A stretch of 64,000 nt of DNA, taken from contig NIVC01003807.1 in assembly GCA_002269645.1 (NCBI GenBank), positions 1-64,000 on the forward strand, in the 5' to 3' direction. This stretch comes from Macrostomum lignano. Taxonomy: Eukaryota. Within the stretch, counting starts at the first letter, position 1. Each line of letters opens with the position of its first letter. Below are positions 33,349 through 45,002 of the stretch, one piece after another. The translations under genes and the position numbers were made by a program. The notes beneath the pieces are model-generated. The model saw only the letters and a program-made list of their open reading frames with translations, was not told where the DNA came from and did no database searches.

Positions 33349-36300
33349 ATGCAGCGGCGGCAATCGTCAACTAGAATTAGTCGCAGCAGAGCTGCCGCCG
33401 CCGCAGCCGCTGCTGCTGCCGCTGCTTCCCCGGCAAAGAAAGCTGCAAAAGCAGTGGACGAAGACTCCATCACCAACAAAAGCAACGGCAGCAGCAGCAG
33501 CAGTAAAGAAAACGTATCAACGCGGCGCAGCAGAACTCGACGAAACGCCTCCGCCTCCGCTGGCAACGCAGACGATGTAGACGAACCAGCGTACGTGTCG
33601 CCGCGCAAGAAGGCTCGGCTGGCCAAGGCGGAGAATCCGGCCTCGGCCGACGCCGCCAAGTCGGACGCCGAATCGTCGCCAGACGCCTCAGTTGGCAGGC
33701 GCAACATAAAGCGGATTATGCAGGCTAAGGACATCTCCCAGGCTACTAAGAAGGCTCAAATTGCAGAGAGGGTTAGAGTTTTTGATAATATGAACTGTGC
33801 TCCGCCCTTGCTGCAAAAGTCCTCTCGCCTTATTTACAATCGCCCTCTCGCCTGATTGAGAATCGCCCTCTCGCCTGATTGAGAATCGCCCTCTCGCCTG
33901 ATTGAGAATCGCCCTCTCGCCTGATTGAGAATCGCCCTCTCGCCTGATTGAGAATCGACCTCTCGCCTGATTGAGAATTGCCCTCTCGCCTGATTGAGAA
34001 TCGACCTCTCGCCTTATTTACAATCGCCCTCTCGCCTTATTTACAATCGCCCTCTCGCCTTATTTACAATCGCCCTCTCGCCTTATTGAGAGTCGTCCTC
34101 TCCTTATTGAGATATAGGTGATCGCCCTGCAGCCTCATGGGGAATCGCCCTGCAGCCTCATAGGGAATCGCCCTGCAGCCTCACAGGCAATCGCCCTGCA
34201 GCCTCATAGGGAATCGCCCTGCAGCCTCACAGGGGAATCGCCCTGCAGCCTCATAGGGAATCGCCCTGCAGCCTCATTGGGAATCGCCCTGCAGCCTCAT
34301 AGGGAATCGCCCTGCAGCCTCATTGCGAATCGCCCTGCAGCCTCACGGGGAATCGCCCTGCAGCCTCACGGGGAATCGCCCTGCAGCCTCACGGGGAATC
34401 GCCCTGCAGCCTCATAAGGAATCGCTCTGCAGCCTCACGGGCAATCGCCCTGCAGCCTCATAAGGAATCGCTCTGCAGCCTCACGGGCAATCGCCCTGCA
34501 GCCTCATAAGGAATCGCCCTGCAGCCTCATTGGGAATCGCCCTGCAGCCTCATTGGGAATCGCCCTGCAGCCTCATTGCGAATCGCCCTGCAGCCTCACG
34601 GGGAATCGCCCTGCAGCCTCATTGGGAATCGCCCTGCAGCCTCATTGCGAATCGCCCTGCAGCCTCACGGGGAATCGCCCTGCAGCCTCACGGGGAATCG
34701 CCCTGCAGCCTCATTGGGAATCGCCCTGCAGCCTCATTGCGAATCGCCCTGCAGCCTCACGGGGAATCGCCCTGCAGCCTCGTGGGGAATCGCCCTGCAG
34801 CCTCACGGGGAATCGCCCTGCAGCCTCATTGGGAATCGCCCTGCAGCCTCATGGGGAATCGCCCTGCAGCCTCATTGGGAATCGCCCTGCAGCCTCATTG
34901 GGAATCGCCCTGCAGCCTCATTGCGAATCGCCCTGCAGCCTCACGGGGAATCGCCCTGCAGCCGCAAATCACTCTCCGCCATCTCAGGAACGCCTTCGCC
35001 GAATTGCGGAGCGCCAAAAGCAGCAGCGCCGGCAACCGCAGCGACACGAGCCAGAGGTGTCGGTGGAAGAGTCGGACTCGGAGACCAAGGTCGAGCTGGA
35101 TGAAAAGTCAGTTGTTGAGAAAAAGCACAAGCGACGGCCAGCTAGGCAGTCGCTGTCGCCGCCGCCGCCACCGCCCCTAGCGTTGGAGCGAGCGCCAGAC
35201 ACCGGGGAGTCCTTAGTAGACGTGGCACCTCGCGTCTGTCGGCATCTGAAGCCGCACCAGGCGGATGCGGTGCAGTTCCTATACGATTGTCTATTCGAGA
35301 GTGCAGCGGAGACCCGGCGCGGATCTGCTGGGTCAGGCGCCCTGCTGGCACACTGCATGGGCCTCGGTAAGAGCCTGTCAGTGATTGCTTTTCTGCACGC
35401 TGTGATGCGCCGCTGCAGTCCGAAGGCGCCGCTTGGCGCTCGCTCCGCTCTGATTGTCTGTCCGCTGAATGTGGCGCTGAATTGGACTAACGAGTTCCGA
35501 ATGTGGCTAGGCGATGAAGCTACTCAAAGACGGTGCGAAAGCGCTTTTTTCATTTTTCTCTGGCTCAGATTCCACCAATAGCAATTCCTGGGCTGAGTTG
35601 GGTGCTCAGATTCCCCCAATAGCAATTCATTGGCTGAGTTGTGTGCTCAGATTCCCCCAATAGCAATTCATTGGCTGAGTCGTGTGCTCAGATCCCCCCA
35701 ATAGCAATTCAGTGGCTGAGTTGTGTGCTCAGATCCCCCAATAGCAATTCAGTGGCTGAGTTGTGTGCTCAGATTCCCCCAATAGCAATTCAGTGGCTGA
35801 GTTGTGTGCTCAGATTCCCCAATAGCAATTCAGTGGCTGAGTTGTGTGCTCAGATTCCCCAATAGCAATTCAGTGGCTGAGTTGGGTGCTCAGATTCAGC
35901 AAGCAGCAGCTGATTTCACAAACCGGCCAACTGTAGATTCGGCGAGTCCCGTTACCTATCCGCGAGCTGACCAGCATGCGACTGGGTAGCGATCGATTGA
36001 CCGCCTGCCGAGAATTTATGGAGACTGGCGGCGTGCTTATTGTTAATTACGATATGTTTCGCAATTTGGCTCAGGTAATTCATTGTCTACATTATTTCTT
36101 AGGGTAAACGGCAAGAGTAACTATACCTGCAATACAAGTAGAAGATTCTTCGCAATCGGATTAGTGCATAGCTTGACAATCGAATGCCCCGCCTGCTCAA
36201 GGGTCGCGGCCTGTCTAACAAGCGGAAGCAGCGCGAACTTTATCGCCGAGCACTGCTGGACCCAGGCCCGGACATTGTGGTCTGCGACGAAGGTCACGTG

Positions 36301-39300
36301 CTCAAATCTGGCGCCACCGGCTTATCCAAAGCCATGTGCGAGATTCGAACCAAGCGTAGGATTGTGCTGACCGGCACGCCGCTGCAGAACAATCTGATTG
36401 AATACTATACCATGGTTAGCTTTGTTAAGCCTAGCCTGCTGGGTACGCAGAAGGAGTTCGCTAACAGGCAAGTTTTATCAATAAAAATTAGTTGATTGCA
36501 CCTGCCCCAATGGCCAGATGTGCAACCGACAGCTCAGCCGCAGCTATTGTGCGGCGCATCTGAAGGCTGAGTATTGTTCTTTGGCGCTGACAATGCCGGA
36601 CATTTGTCTGAGAATTGTTCTTTGGCGCTGACAATGCCGGACATTTGTCTGAGAATTGTCCTTTGGCGCTGGCAATGCTGGACATTTGTCTGAGAATTGT
36701 CCTTTGGCGCTGGCAATGCCGGACATTTGTCTGAGAATTGTCCTTTGGCGCTGGCAATGCTGGACACTTGTCTGAGAATTGTCCTTTGGCGCTGGCAATG
36801 CCGGACATTTGTCTGAGAATTGTCCCTTGGCGCTGACAATGCCGGACATTTGTCTGAGAATTGTCCTTGGCGCTGACAATGCCGGACATTTGTCTGAGAA
36901 TTGTTCTTTGGCGCTGGCAATGCCGGACATTTGTCTGAGAATTGTCCCTTGGCGCTGACAATGCCGGACATTTGTCTGAGAATTGTCCTTGGCGCTGACA
37001 ATGCCGGACATTTGTCTGAGAATTGTCCTTTGGCGCTGACAATGCCGGACATTTGTCTGAGAATTGTCCTTTGGCGCTGAAAATTGGCTCTAGAAAATGT
37101 TATAGCTGTCCGCTATGATCTGAAAGTATTGGGAGTGGAAGTGTCTAAAATCTCCTTGCTCCATCCTATTCCCGCTCAGATTCGTGAATCCCATCAACAA
37201 TGGCCAGCACTCGGACAGCACCGCCTTTGACGTTCAGCTGATGAAGCGCCGGGCCCACGTTCTGCACAAAATGTTGTCCGGCTGCGTGCATAGGCGGGAC
37301 TACACCGCGCTGACCAAGTACCTGCCGCCAAAGCACGAGTTTATTATCAATATCAGGCTGGGTGAAGTGCAGGAACAGTTGTATAGGAAATACCTGGACC
37401 AGGTGCGACCGCTGCTATTTAGCCATTCGGTGTCGCTGTTTGCCGATCAACAGGTGAGAATTACTGTTGGATTAGTTAGAAACGGAAGGGGCTGTGTGCA
37501 ACCTGGCGCAATTCACACAACCGGCGAGAGGCATTGCTGCCCATTCCGCCGACTCCCCTACATGTAAGCAGGCACACAAGCGCGCGGATACGTACGCAGT
37601 CATACGCACAGGCACACACTCACACGGGAGTGTACAGCGGCCCTAACTTTATTTATCGTTAGGCATGTACACTTCACTGTGCCTTGGGGGTTGGCCCTCA
37701 AGGCCGTTAATTGCACGAGCAGAGCCAAGCCGAGATTCCAATTTAGCCAGAAACAAATGTGACTGCACTTGGAATCGAGCCTGGGCCGCTGGCACATCAA
37801 TACAATATGAGTGTAACTCGCTAAAAAAACTTCTAGCACTACTTACAACCTAGTAGTATCTGAGTGGTAAAGCGTCTAACTTTCGTGTCTCTCGGGCCAA
37901 CTTATCTTTTATATAGAATATAAAAGTTTTCAACTCCCAACCTGAGCACTACTTACCATGAGTAGTATAATAATAAATGCCGCAGGTTCTCTACCGGGTG
38001 TGGACCCATCCGCACTTGCTGAAGCTACACGAAGAGGAGGCGGCCAAGCGGGACCGGTGGACCAGCAGCGAGGACGACGAGGAGGACGACGATGAAGAAG
38101 ACGGAGAGCAAAGAGAAGACTCGGGAGACAGCGATGAGGATGCAGATGACAACAGCGATGACAGCAGACGTCCGGTGAAGCACCGGCGCCGTCGTTGGCT
38201 CGGCAGCAGCGACGACAGCAGCGAGAGCAGCAGCGCGGCGGACAGCAGCAGCGCCGACGAGGTCGTTACCGGCTGGTCGACGCGAAGTCGCGGCAGCAAA
38301 GGCGCTGAAGCGGCCGACAATGCCGCAGCCGCACAGGCGATTGTCCAGCCGGCGCGGCCGCCGCAGTGGTGGCACCCCATGTACACGGACTCCATGGCTG
38401 ATGATGTCTCCCTAAGCGGCAAGCTGCACATTCTATTCAGCCTATTGCGCTCGTTTGAAGAGCACGGCGATAAAACTTTAGTATTCTCGCAGAGCCTTCT
38501 ATCGCTGGACATTATTGAACACTTTCTTGACAAGCTGGGCATTGGCCAGCCTGGCGAGGACTATCTGCGTCTGGACGGGTCCACTTCGGCCGCCAGTAGG
38601 AAGTCCATGTCCGAGGCGTTCAATAAGGAGAGCGACACTCGACTGAGGCTATTTCTAATCAGCACCAAAGCTGGCGGGCTGGGTGAGCGATGCTTTTTTT
38701 ATAGTCCTAGTTAATTAGGCTATTAATTTTCCATTACTGCCGCTTGAAGTAGGCTGGATTGAAAAGGCGAAAAGGCTCAAATGTGACTGCCAAATAAACG
38801 GTCACATTTGAGGGTCAAAAGTGTGACACATTGACACAATGTGACACAATGTCACATTTTTACGGTCACAAAAAAAAGTTGTGACCGTCCCACTTTTATA
38901 CGTGAATGATAATAACAATAATTGCATTTACTTTTACTGCCGCTATGAGTAGATTAGTGCATCCATAGCAAACTAAATTTTAGTTACAAAATTTTATCAA
39001 TGATTAAAAATCGCCGAATCTCCCACAAATTAATCTTGTTTGAGCCTAACAGTCATTATTAACGCTCCAACGAGGTCCCTCCCCCACCCCAAATCGCGCA
39101 GGCGTGAACCTACCCGCGGCTAATCGCGTCGTGATATTCGACGTCAGCTGGAATCCGTCGCACGACATCCAGTCGATATTTCGCACCTACCGGTTCGGCC
39201 AGACCAAGCCGGTATTCGTGTACAGACTGGTAGCCCAGGGCACTATGGAGGAGAAGATCTATAGCAGGCAGGTGAACAAACAGTCGCTAGGCTTTCGCGT

Positions 39301-42283
39301 TATCGACGAGCACCAGATTAATCGGCACTTCAGCGCTGCCGATCTCGTCCAGCTGTACACCCTGACTGTGGACCGATTCGATCCGAGCATTGACGCTAGG
39401 AAGCGTTTTGACCTGCCCGCTGATGGTGTCCTGGCTGGTGAGTGTGCAGTCTGGATTCTAGACCGATATGTATCGAAAACACTGTAAATTAGACTATATA
39501 GTCCAGTCGGTTCAAAAACCGTTACTTTGGTTTGCTAACTGCTAGCTACACGAGTTAATGATAAACATGAATGCTAATGAATAATTAAGTGGCTAAAATA
39601 ATTTACAAACTTGCACCTACACTCGGAACATATATAACAGCTTTTTACTTCCAGTTGAGTAGTAAGAGAGAACGCATAGGCTATTTTAAAAAATAAATGC
39701 AGCTGAAATTCTACTGATAAGTTTAGAAGCCAAGATTTTGCAGTCGTAAAAAACTTGCTAATTGGTTCATCTATAATAATGTACATTAGCCAGAGCCACT
39801 GAGATGTACATGGCAGCCAACTTTAGGCTGGAAAACACCGAGAAAGGCAATGAAACTTGGGCGGCCAATTTTAAATTTCGGGGTATGGGTTTTGTGTGGA
39901 AAGACGCAATTCGAGAGCTTATGTTGGGGGAAGGGGGGGGGTTAAGAGTTAATAAATAAACCTTGTCTTGAAAAAACAATACATTAAGTGGTTTTGGTTA
40001 GCTTACTACTGAACTGAATAGTAGCTTACACGCAAATGTGCTGAGTGGCCCATCTAGTTATTTTCTTTTTTAAGCGGTCTGTATGGTCGGGTCGGTTATC
40101 AGCAATATCTCGACCAGAGTGGATCAGAAGGCTTTAAACAGGGGTCAGCAACCTCCGGTCCGCGGGCCATACGCAGCCCTCAAAGCCTCTCTATCCGGCC
40201 CTCAGGTCCTTTGAAACTTCACAATGGCAATCCGGCCCGCTCAAGCTTTGTGTCTCTGCTCAGCTCTGTCTCTTCTCTCTTCTTTACCCTCTCCCCCCTC
40301 TCTCCCCTCTCCCCTCTTCTTCTCTCCCCTCTCCCTTCTCTTCTTTCCCCTCTCCCTTCTCTTCTTTCCCCTCTCCCTTCTCTTCTTTCCCCTCTCCCCT
40401 CTCTTCTTTCCCCTCTCCCTTCTCTTCTTTCCCCTCTCCCCTCTCTTCTTTCCCCTCTCCCTTCTCTTCTTTCCCCTCTCCCTTCTCTTCTTTCTCCTCT
40501 CCCTTCTCTTCTTTCCCCTCTCCCTTCTCTTCTTTCTCCTCTCCCTTCTCTTCTTTCCCCTCTCCCTTCTCTTCTTTCCCCTCTCCCTACTCTTCTTTTC
40601 CCTCTCCCTTCTCTTCTTTCTCCTCTCCCTTCTCTTCTTTCCCCTCTCCCTTCTCTTCTTTCCCCTCTCCCTTCTCTTCTTTCTCCTCTCCCTTCTCTTC
40701 TTTCCCCTCTCCCTTCTCTTCTTTCCCCTCTCCCTTCTCTTCTTTCTCCTCTCCCTTCTCTTCTTTCCCCTCTCCCTTCTCTTATTTCCCCTCTCCCTAC
40801 TCTTCTTTTCCCTCTCCCTTCTCTTCTTTCTCCTCTCCCTTCTCTTCTTTCCCCTCTCCCTTCTCTTCTTTCCCCTCTTCCTTCTCTTCTTTCCCCTCTC
40901 CCTTCTCTTCTTTCCCCTCTCCCTTCTCTTCTTTCCCATCTCCCTTCTCTTCTTTCCCCTCTCCCTTCTCTTCTTTCCCCTCTCCCTTCTCTTCTTTCCC
41001 ATCTCCCTTCTTTTCTTCTCTCCTCTCTTCTCCCCTCCCCTCTCTCTCTATCTCTCTTCCTCTTCCCTCTCTCCCCTCTTCTCTCTTTTACGACGTATCT
41101 TTTCTCTCATATCATTCCCCGCCTCTCCTCTCCTCTCATCTTTCGTCTTCCATTCCCTTTTCTTTCCACTCTCATCTGGCCCGCAGACAAGAGCTGCATT
41201 CCCTATCTGGCCCTTTAGGTAAAAAAGTTTGCCGACCCCTGGCTTAAAAATTGCGTTGAGGTAATGGGGACTTCGTTGAGAAAAGCCTCTCAGCACTTAT
41301 ACTCAGCAACATTGAAAAGTCGCCACCCTTTGCCCCAGTGAGCAGTGTCTTTCTAGCAGCGTCTATCACCTGGCCAACCATTTTGATATTTAAAAAATGC
41401 TTGAAAAAAACTATGAAAACATGGCGGAAGCTTCAATCCGTCTAATCTTCGCCCTCCGCTCCTCCCGATCCCTCCTCACCCAGCCCAAAACTCTGCGTCG
41501 CGTGGCGCAAGTTGCGTCACTCAAAAGTTAATACTGAACTAGAATTTACTGCGCACTCTCAAAGGTGGCGACTGTTTTTAGGGTCAAAAGGTACACTATG
41601 TACTTTAGCAAGCTGTGTAGCCAACACGAATCAATCAGTGAAGCTGAGCTCTGAAATGAAGGATCGCACAGGAAAATCCGCTAAGAATTGCCATAGAAAT
41701 CAAGGCCGTCCCATTTGAACCCGCAGACCTGCTGGCCAGTGAGGCCCGCTGGATAGCCAGCTACCACCTGCACGACTCGCTGCTAGAGAACGTAGAAAGC
41801 GAGCTGCTCACCGATGAGGAGCGGCAGCAGGCCTGGCAGGAGTACGAGCAGGAGAAGCACGCGCCAAAGGCTCGGCCGCAGCCACCGCCGCAACCGCAAC
41901 AGACAGCTGCCACGGAGGACGGGCCGAGCTCTCCTGAGCAGCAGCTGCGGCACAGCGCCACCGTAGCGAATTTCTCCGGCTCTGCCGCCGCCCTGCAGCA
42001 GCAGCCGCAAAAGCCGCCACAGCCGCCGCCTCGGGCTGCCAGCTCAGCCGCCCTGCTGCAGCAGCCGCAGCCGGCAATGAACCCTGAGCGGCAGCAGATT
42101 ACCAATCTGCAGCTGCAGTATCCGCTGCAGTTTCTGAATATTCGCAACCAGGTGAATCAGCAGCGGACTGACTTGGCAGACAAGCCGGCCGAACTGGACC
42201 GCTTAGCCTATCGCTATCTGCTGGACTTTCTGCGCAAACAGCAGGAGCAGCGGCTGCAGAAACTGCAACAGCAGAATCAGTGA
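33349..42283 (+). CDS. ATRX: ATRX/XNP SNF2-family chromatin remodeller; join(33349..33771,34988..35532,35975(or 35937)..36074,36202..36467,37180..37453,37986..38682,39102..39437,41727..42283), ~1065 aa
   Basis: ATRX-type motifs: KRIM...AER|[131 protein letters not shown]...[17 protein letters not shown]. Phases match except for the intron 2 acceptor, which is ambiguous. Intron 4 is GC-AG. An alternative exon 5 donor exists at 37403. Confidence 0.92.
33826..34110. repeat. 23-bp minisatellite (gaatcgccctctcgcctgattga and the variant acaatcgccctctcgccttattt) in ATRX intron 1
   Basis: Tandem units of two related variants. Confidence 0.9.
34121..34963. repeat. 23-bp minisatellite (gaatcgccctgcagcctcatggg) in ATRX intron 1
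   Basis: About 36 units, ending ~25 bp before the true acceptor at 34987. Confidence 0.95.
35564..35897. repeat. 40/41-bp minisatellite (ctcagattcccccaatagcaattcagtggctgagttgtgtg) in ATRX intron 2
   Basis: About 8 units, each with an internal ctcag...ctgag inverted pair. Confidence 0.92.
36580..37080. repeat. 40/41-bp minisatellite (ttggcgctgacaatgccggacatttgtctgagaattgtcct) in ATRX intron 4
   Basis: About 12 tandem units. Confidence 0.95.
39620..40062. mobile_element. Unclassified TIR element, copy 1 (ATRX intron 7)
   Basis: Shares the internal sequence and the right end (ttactactgaactgaatagtagcttacacgcaaatgtgctgagtggcccatctagttatt) with the copies at 43883-44279 and 50200-50520. The left end is degenerate. 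Confidence 0.75.
40139..41241. mobile_element. hAT-type MITE expanded by an internal 21-bp satellite
   Basis: Termini CAGGGGTCAGCAACCT / AAGTTTGCCGACCCCTG. Flanks gctttaaa (40131-40138) and gcttaaaa (41242-41249) give an 8-bp TSD with 1 mismatch. Homologous to 59858-60085. Confidence 0.85.
40310..41010. repeat. 21-bp pyrimidine-rich minisatellite (ctctcccttctcttctttccc) inside the MITE
   Basis: About 33 units. They generate the spurious LLSPLPS / KKRRERG ORFs. Confidence 0.95.
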
Positions 42284-42584
42284 TCTAATCAGCTTGTCAC
42301 AACTGACGATTGTGAAACTTTTTTATTAACATGTTATTCACGAAATTCTTTCTACCCCGTAATGGGTTAGCAGTTTTTTTATAGAAACTATTAATAAGGC
42401 ATGCTTTCCTGTTTTTAAGGCCTGTCGGCTCGGTATTGCTTAGTTATATTGTTATACTAGCTAAATTGTAGTGGCTATTAATCAAAGTACACGCCTATGA
42501 TATCAATTAGCGCTTTGTTATGTACACTGACAAGCGCCAATCCGAAAATAAGTTGGTGTAAAAACCCACTTAACGAGAGAATCC

Positions 42585-43497
42585 AGCCAATCAGCTCATT
42601 CCAGGCTCAGAATCATTCAGCCAATCAGCTGATTCCCGTCTCACAATCCAGCCAATCAGCTGATTCCAGGCTCACAATCCAGCCAATCAGCTGATTCCAG
42701 GCTCACAATCCAGCCAATCAGCTGATTCCAGGCTCATAATCCAGCCAATCAGCTGATTCCAGGCTCAGAATCCAGCCAATCAGCTGATTCCAGTCTCAGA
42801 ATCATCCATTAATCAGCTGATTCCAGGCTCAGAATCATCCAGCCAATCAGCTGATTCCAGGCTCATAATCCAGCCAATCAGCTGATTCCCGTCTCACAAT
42901 CCAGCCAATCAGCTGATTCCAGGCTCATAATCCAGCCAATCAGCTGATTCCCGTCTCACAATCCAGCCAATCAGCTGATTCCAGGCTCACAATCCAGCCA
43001 ATCAGCTGATTCCAGTCTCAGAATCATCCATTAATCAGCTGATTCCAGGCTCAGAATCATCCAGCCAATCAGCGGATTCCAGGCTCAGAATCATCCAGCC
43101 AATCAGCTGATTCTAGGCTCAGAATCATCCAGCCAATCAGCTGATTCCAGGCTCAGAATCATCCAGCCAATCAGCGGATTCCAGGCTCAGAATCATCCAG
43201 CCAATCAGCTGATTCCAGGCTCAAAATCCAGCCAATCAGCTGATTCCCGTCTCACAATCCAGCCAATCAGCTGATTCCAGGCTCACAATCCAGCAAATCA
43301 GCTGATTCCAGGCTCAATCCAGCCAATCAGCTGATTCCAGTCTCAGAATCATCCATTAATTAGCTGATTCCAGGCTCAGAATCATTCAGCCAATCAGCTG
43401 ATTCCCGTCTCACAATCCAGCCAATCAGCTGATTCCAGGCTCACAATCCAGCCAATCAGCTGATTCCAGGCTCACAATCCAGCCAATCAGCGGATTT
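42585..43497. repeat. 31/34-bp minisatellite (cagccaatcagctgattccaggctcacaatc) downstream of ATRX
   Basis: About 28 units, each with the 12-bp palindrome AATCAGCTGATT. Confidence 0.95.
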
Positions 43498-43882
43498 CAG
43501 GCTGGCAATAGATGCTATTTTTCGAAGGTACGAGGGTAAATAGGCGAGTAACAAAGCTGCCAACAAAACTCATATTTAGCTTGATTATTCCAGAATCAAT
43601 TATTCTCCTTATTCCAGATCATTCTGTACTACGAGCTCGTATTAGTAGTATGATTATTTCAAGTGTAACTATTTGCTTACCTGCTGTGTGGCTTTTGGCC
43701 GCCTGTTCCCCCGCTGCTGATAACAGCTAATCCGGTCTCAGCCTCTCAGGTGTCTCAAGTCTGTCTATTCAGCAAAGCATTTTCGCGCAGTGTGACAGTG
43801 CTGTGTAAAACGCATGGTTTAATATGATGTAATGTTGTATAATATACGCATACTATGGGACCTAGTCCATCACAGATACTAA

Positions 43883-44279
43883 AATAACCAGATGGGCCAC
43901 TCAGGCATATATATTGATACTTGGTAAAACAGCTTTCTACTTTCAGTTCAGTAGCAAAGAAGAATACATAAGCTGTTATTAAAAAAAGCCAGCTGAAACG
44001 ACTTTGATAATTCAAGCAGGCCCAAGCTTGCAGGCATAAACAGCTGGCTAATTGGTTTAGCAATAATGTACACTGAAAATAAAGAATTCCGAGAAAGGCA
44101 ATAAAAGTTGGGGCGGGGCGTTGGTGGTGTGGAAAGGCGCGGTTGGAGGGTTTAGGCTGGGGGTAAGAGCCAATAAATGAGCCTTGGCTTTAAAAATACA
44201 TTAAAATGCTTCAGTTTAACTTACTACTGAACTGAAAGTAGCTTACACGCAAATGTTCTGAGTGGCCCAGCTAGTTATT
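43883..44279. mobile_element. Unclassified TIR element, copy 2 (best preserved)
   Basis: Left end aataaccagatgggccactcag...ctactttcagttcagtag is inverted relative to the right end ctactgaactgaaagtag...ctgagtggcccagctagttatt. Confidence 0.8.
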
Positions 44280-45002
44280 CTAGTATCTGTGAGTCCAGCT
44301 GGCTCTCTATGATCAGATATACAGCATAAATCGATCATTAATAGAGTCCAAAGACAGGATCAACTAGGGCAGAAAATGCTATATATATTGTAAAACAATC
44401 TTTAATTTTCTTAAATAAATATGCAATACGATAAACCCCAACACAATTTTAATATAGCATACATATTGTGTATTGTTGGTAAAACAATTAGTAATTTAGT
44501 GTCTATAATATCTGGTTGCTTTATTGATGATATAAATTTATTTTTATATCATTTTTATATGCATTTTATATTTTACGAGTTTAAAAAGTCCGCGACCTCT
44601 CGGTTAAGAGTATCACGATGAATACATTACGAGGTGTAACAAATACCATGGATTAAAATTATCGGCAAGCATGCGTTGATAATATTGGCATTGGCACCAA
44701 ACTGACTCTCGTTTGTCATACAACACTAGCTGCAAAGCTGTATTATTACAGGGAGATAAAAGGCATTCTACCGATTGAATACTTTCACCGCGACATACTC
44801 GTATGCTTATGCAATAGCTAGAAGACGGAAGCTAATAAGCACTCACTGGAGACCGGCGGTTTTTTATGCACAATGCACGTGCACCGTTAGGAAGTTTTGA
44901 GTGTTTGAGCACATTTGAGCATTCGTAATTGTTTTCCTGAATTTTAAGTTTATACTGCATTTGTCAGTGAAGTTGATAAATAACCCGATCTAGCGGAGAA
45001 TT

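Noticed and set aside
13792-33349. INTS7-ATRX operon
   Set aside because: An antisense ORF and probable promoter lie between them, and the gap is ~19.5 kb; there is no support beyond shared strand.
34118-34987. Repeat-derived ORF fronts ([14 protein letters not shown]) fused to an ATRX exon
   Set aside because: Intronic 23-bp array; phase-0 splicing 33771-34988 gives the ATRX-like AER|ERLRR junction.
37830-37970. Possible tRNA or SINE head (agtggtaaagcgtct) between two agcactactta..agtagtat motifs
   Set aside because: No B box or cloverleaf; too degenerate to support.
38780-38890. Cluster of gtcac/gtgac inverted motifs
   Set aside because: Possibly a TE remnant, but there are no defined ends or TSD.
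40211-41222. Long ORFs (335, 332 and 253 aa; LLSPLPS / KKRRERG)
   Set aside because: Translation of a stop-free 21-bp satellite within an intronic MITE.
33349-42283. Alternative identity RAD54L2/ARIP4
   Set aside because: [17 protein letters not shown] and the N-terminal ERLRRIAER block are ATRX-type rather than ARIP4-type, as I recall the sequences.
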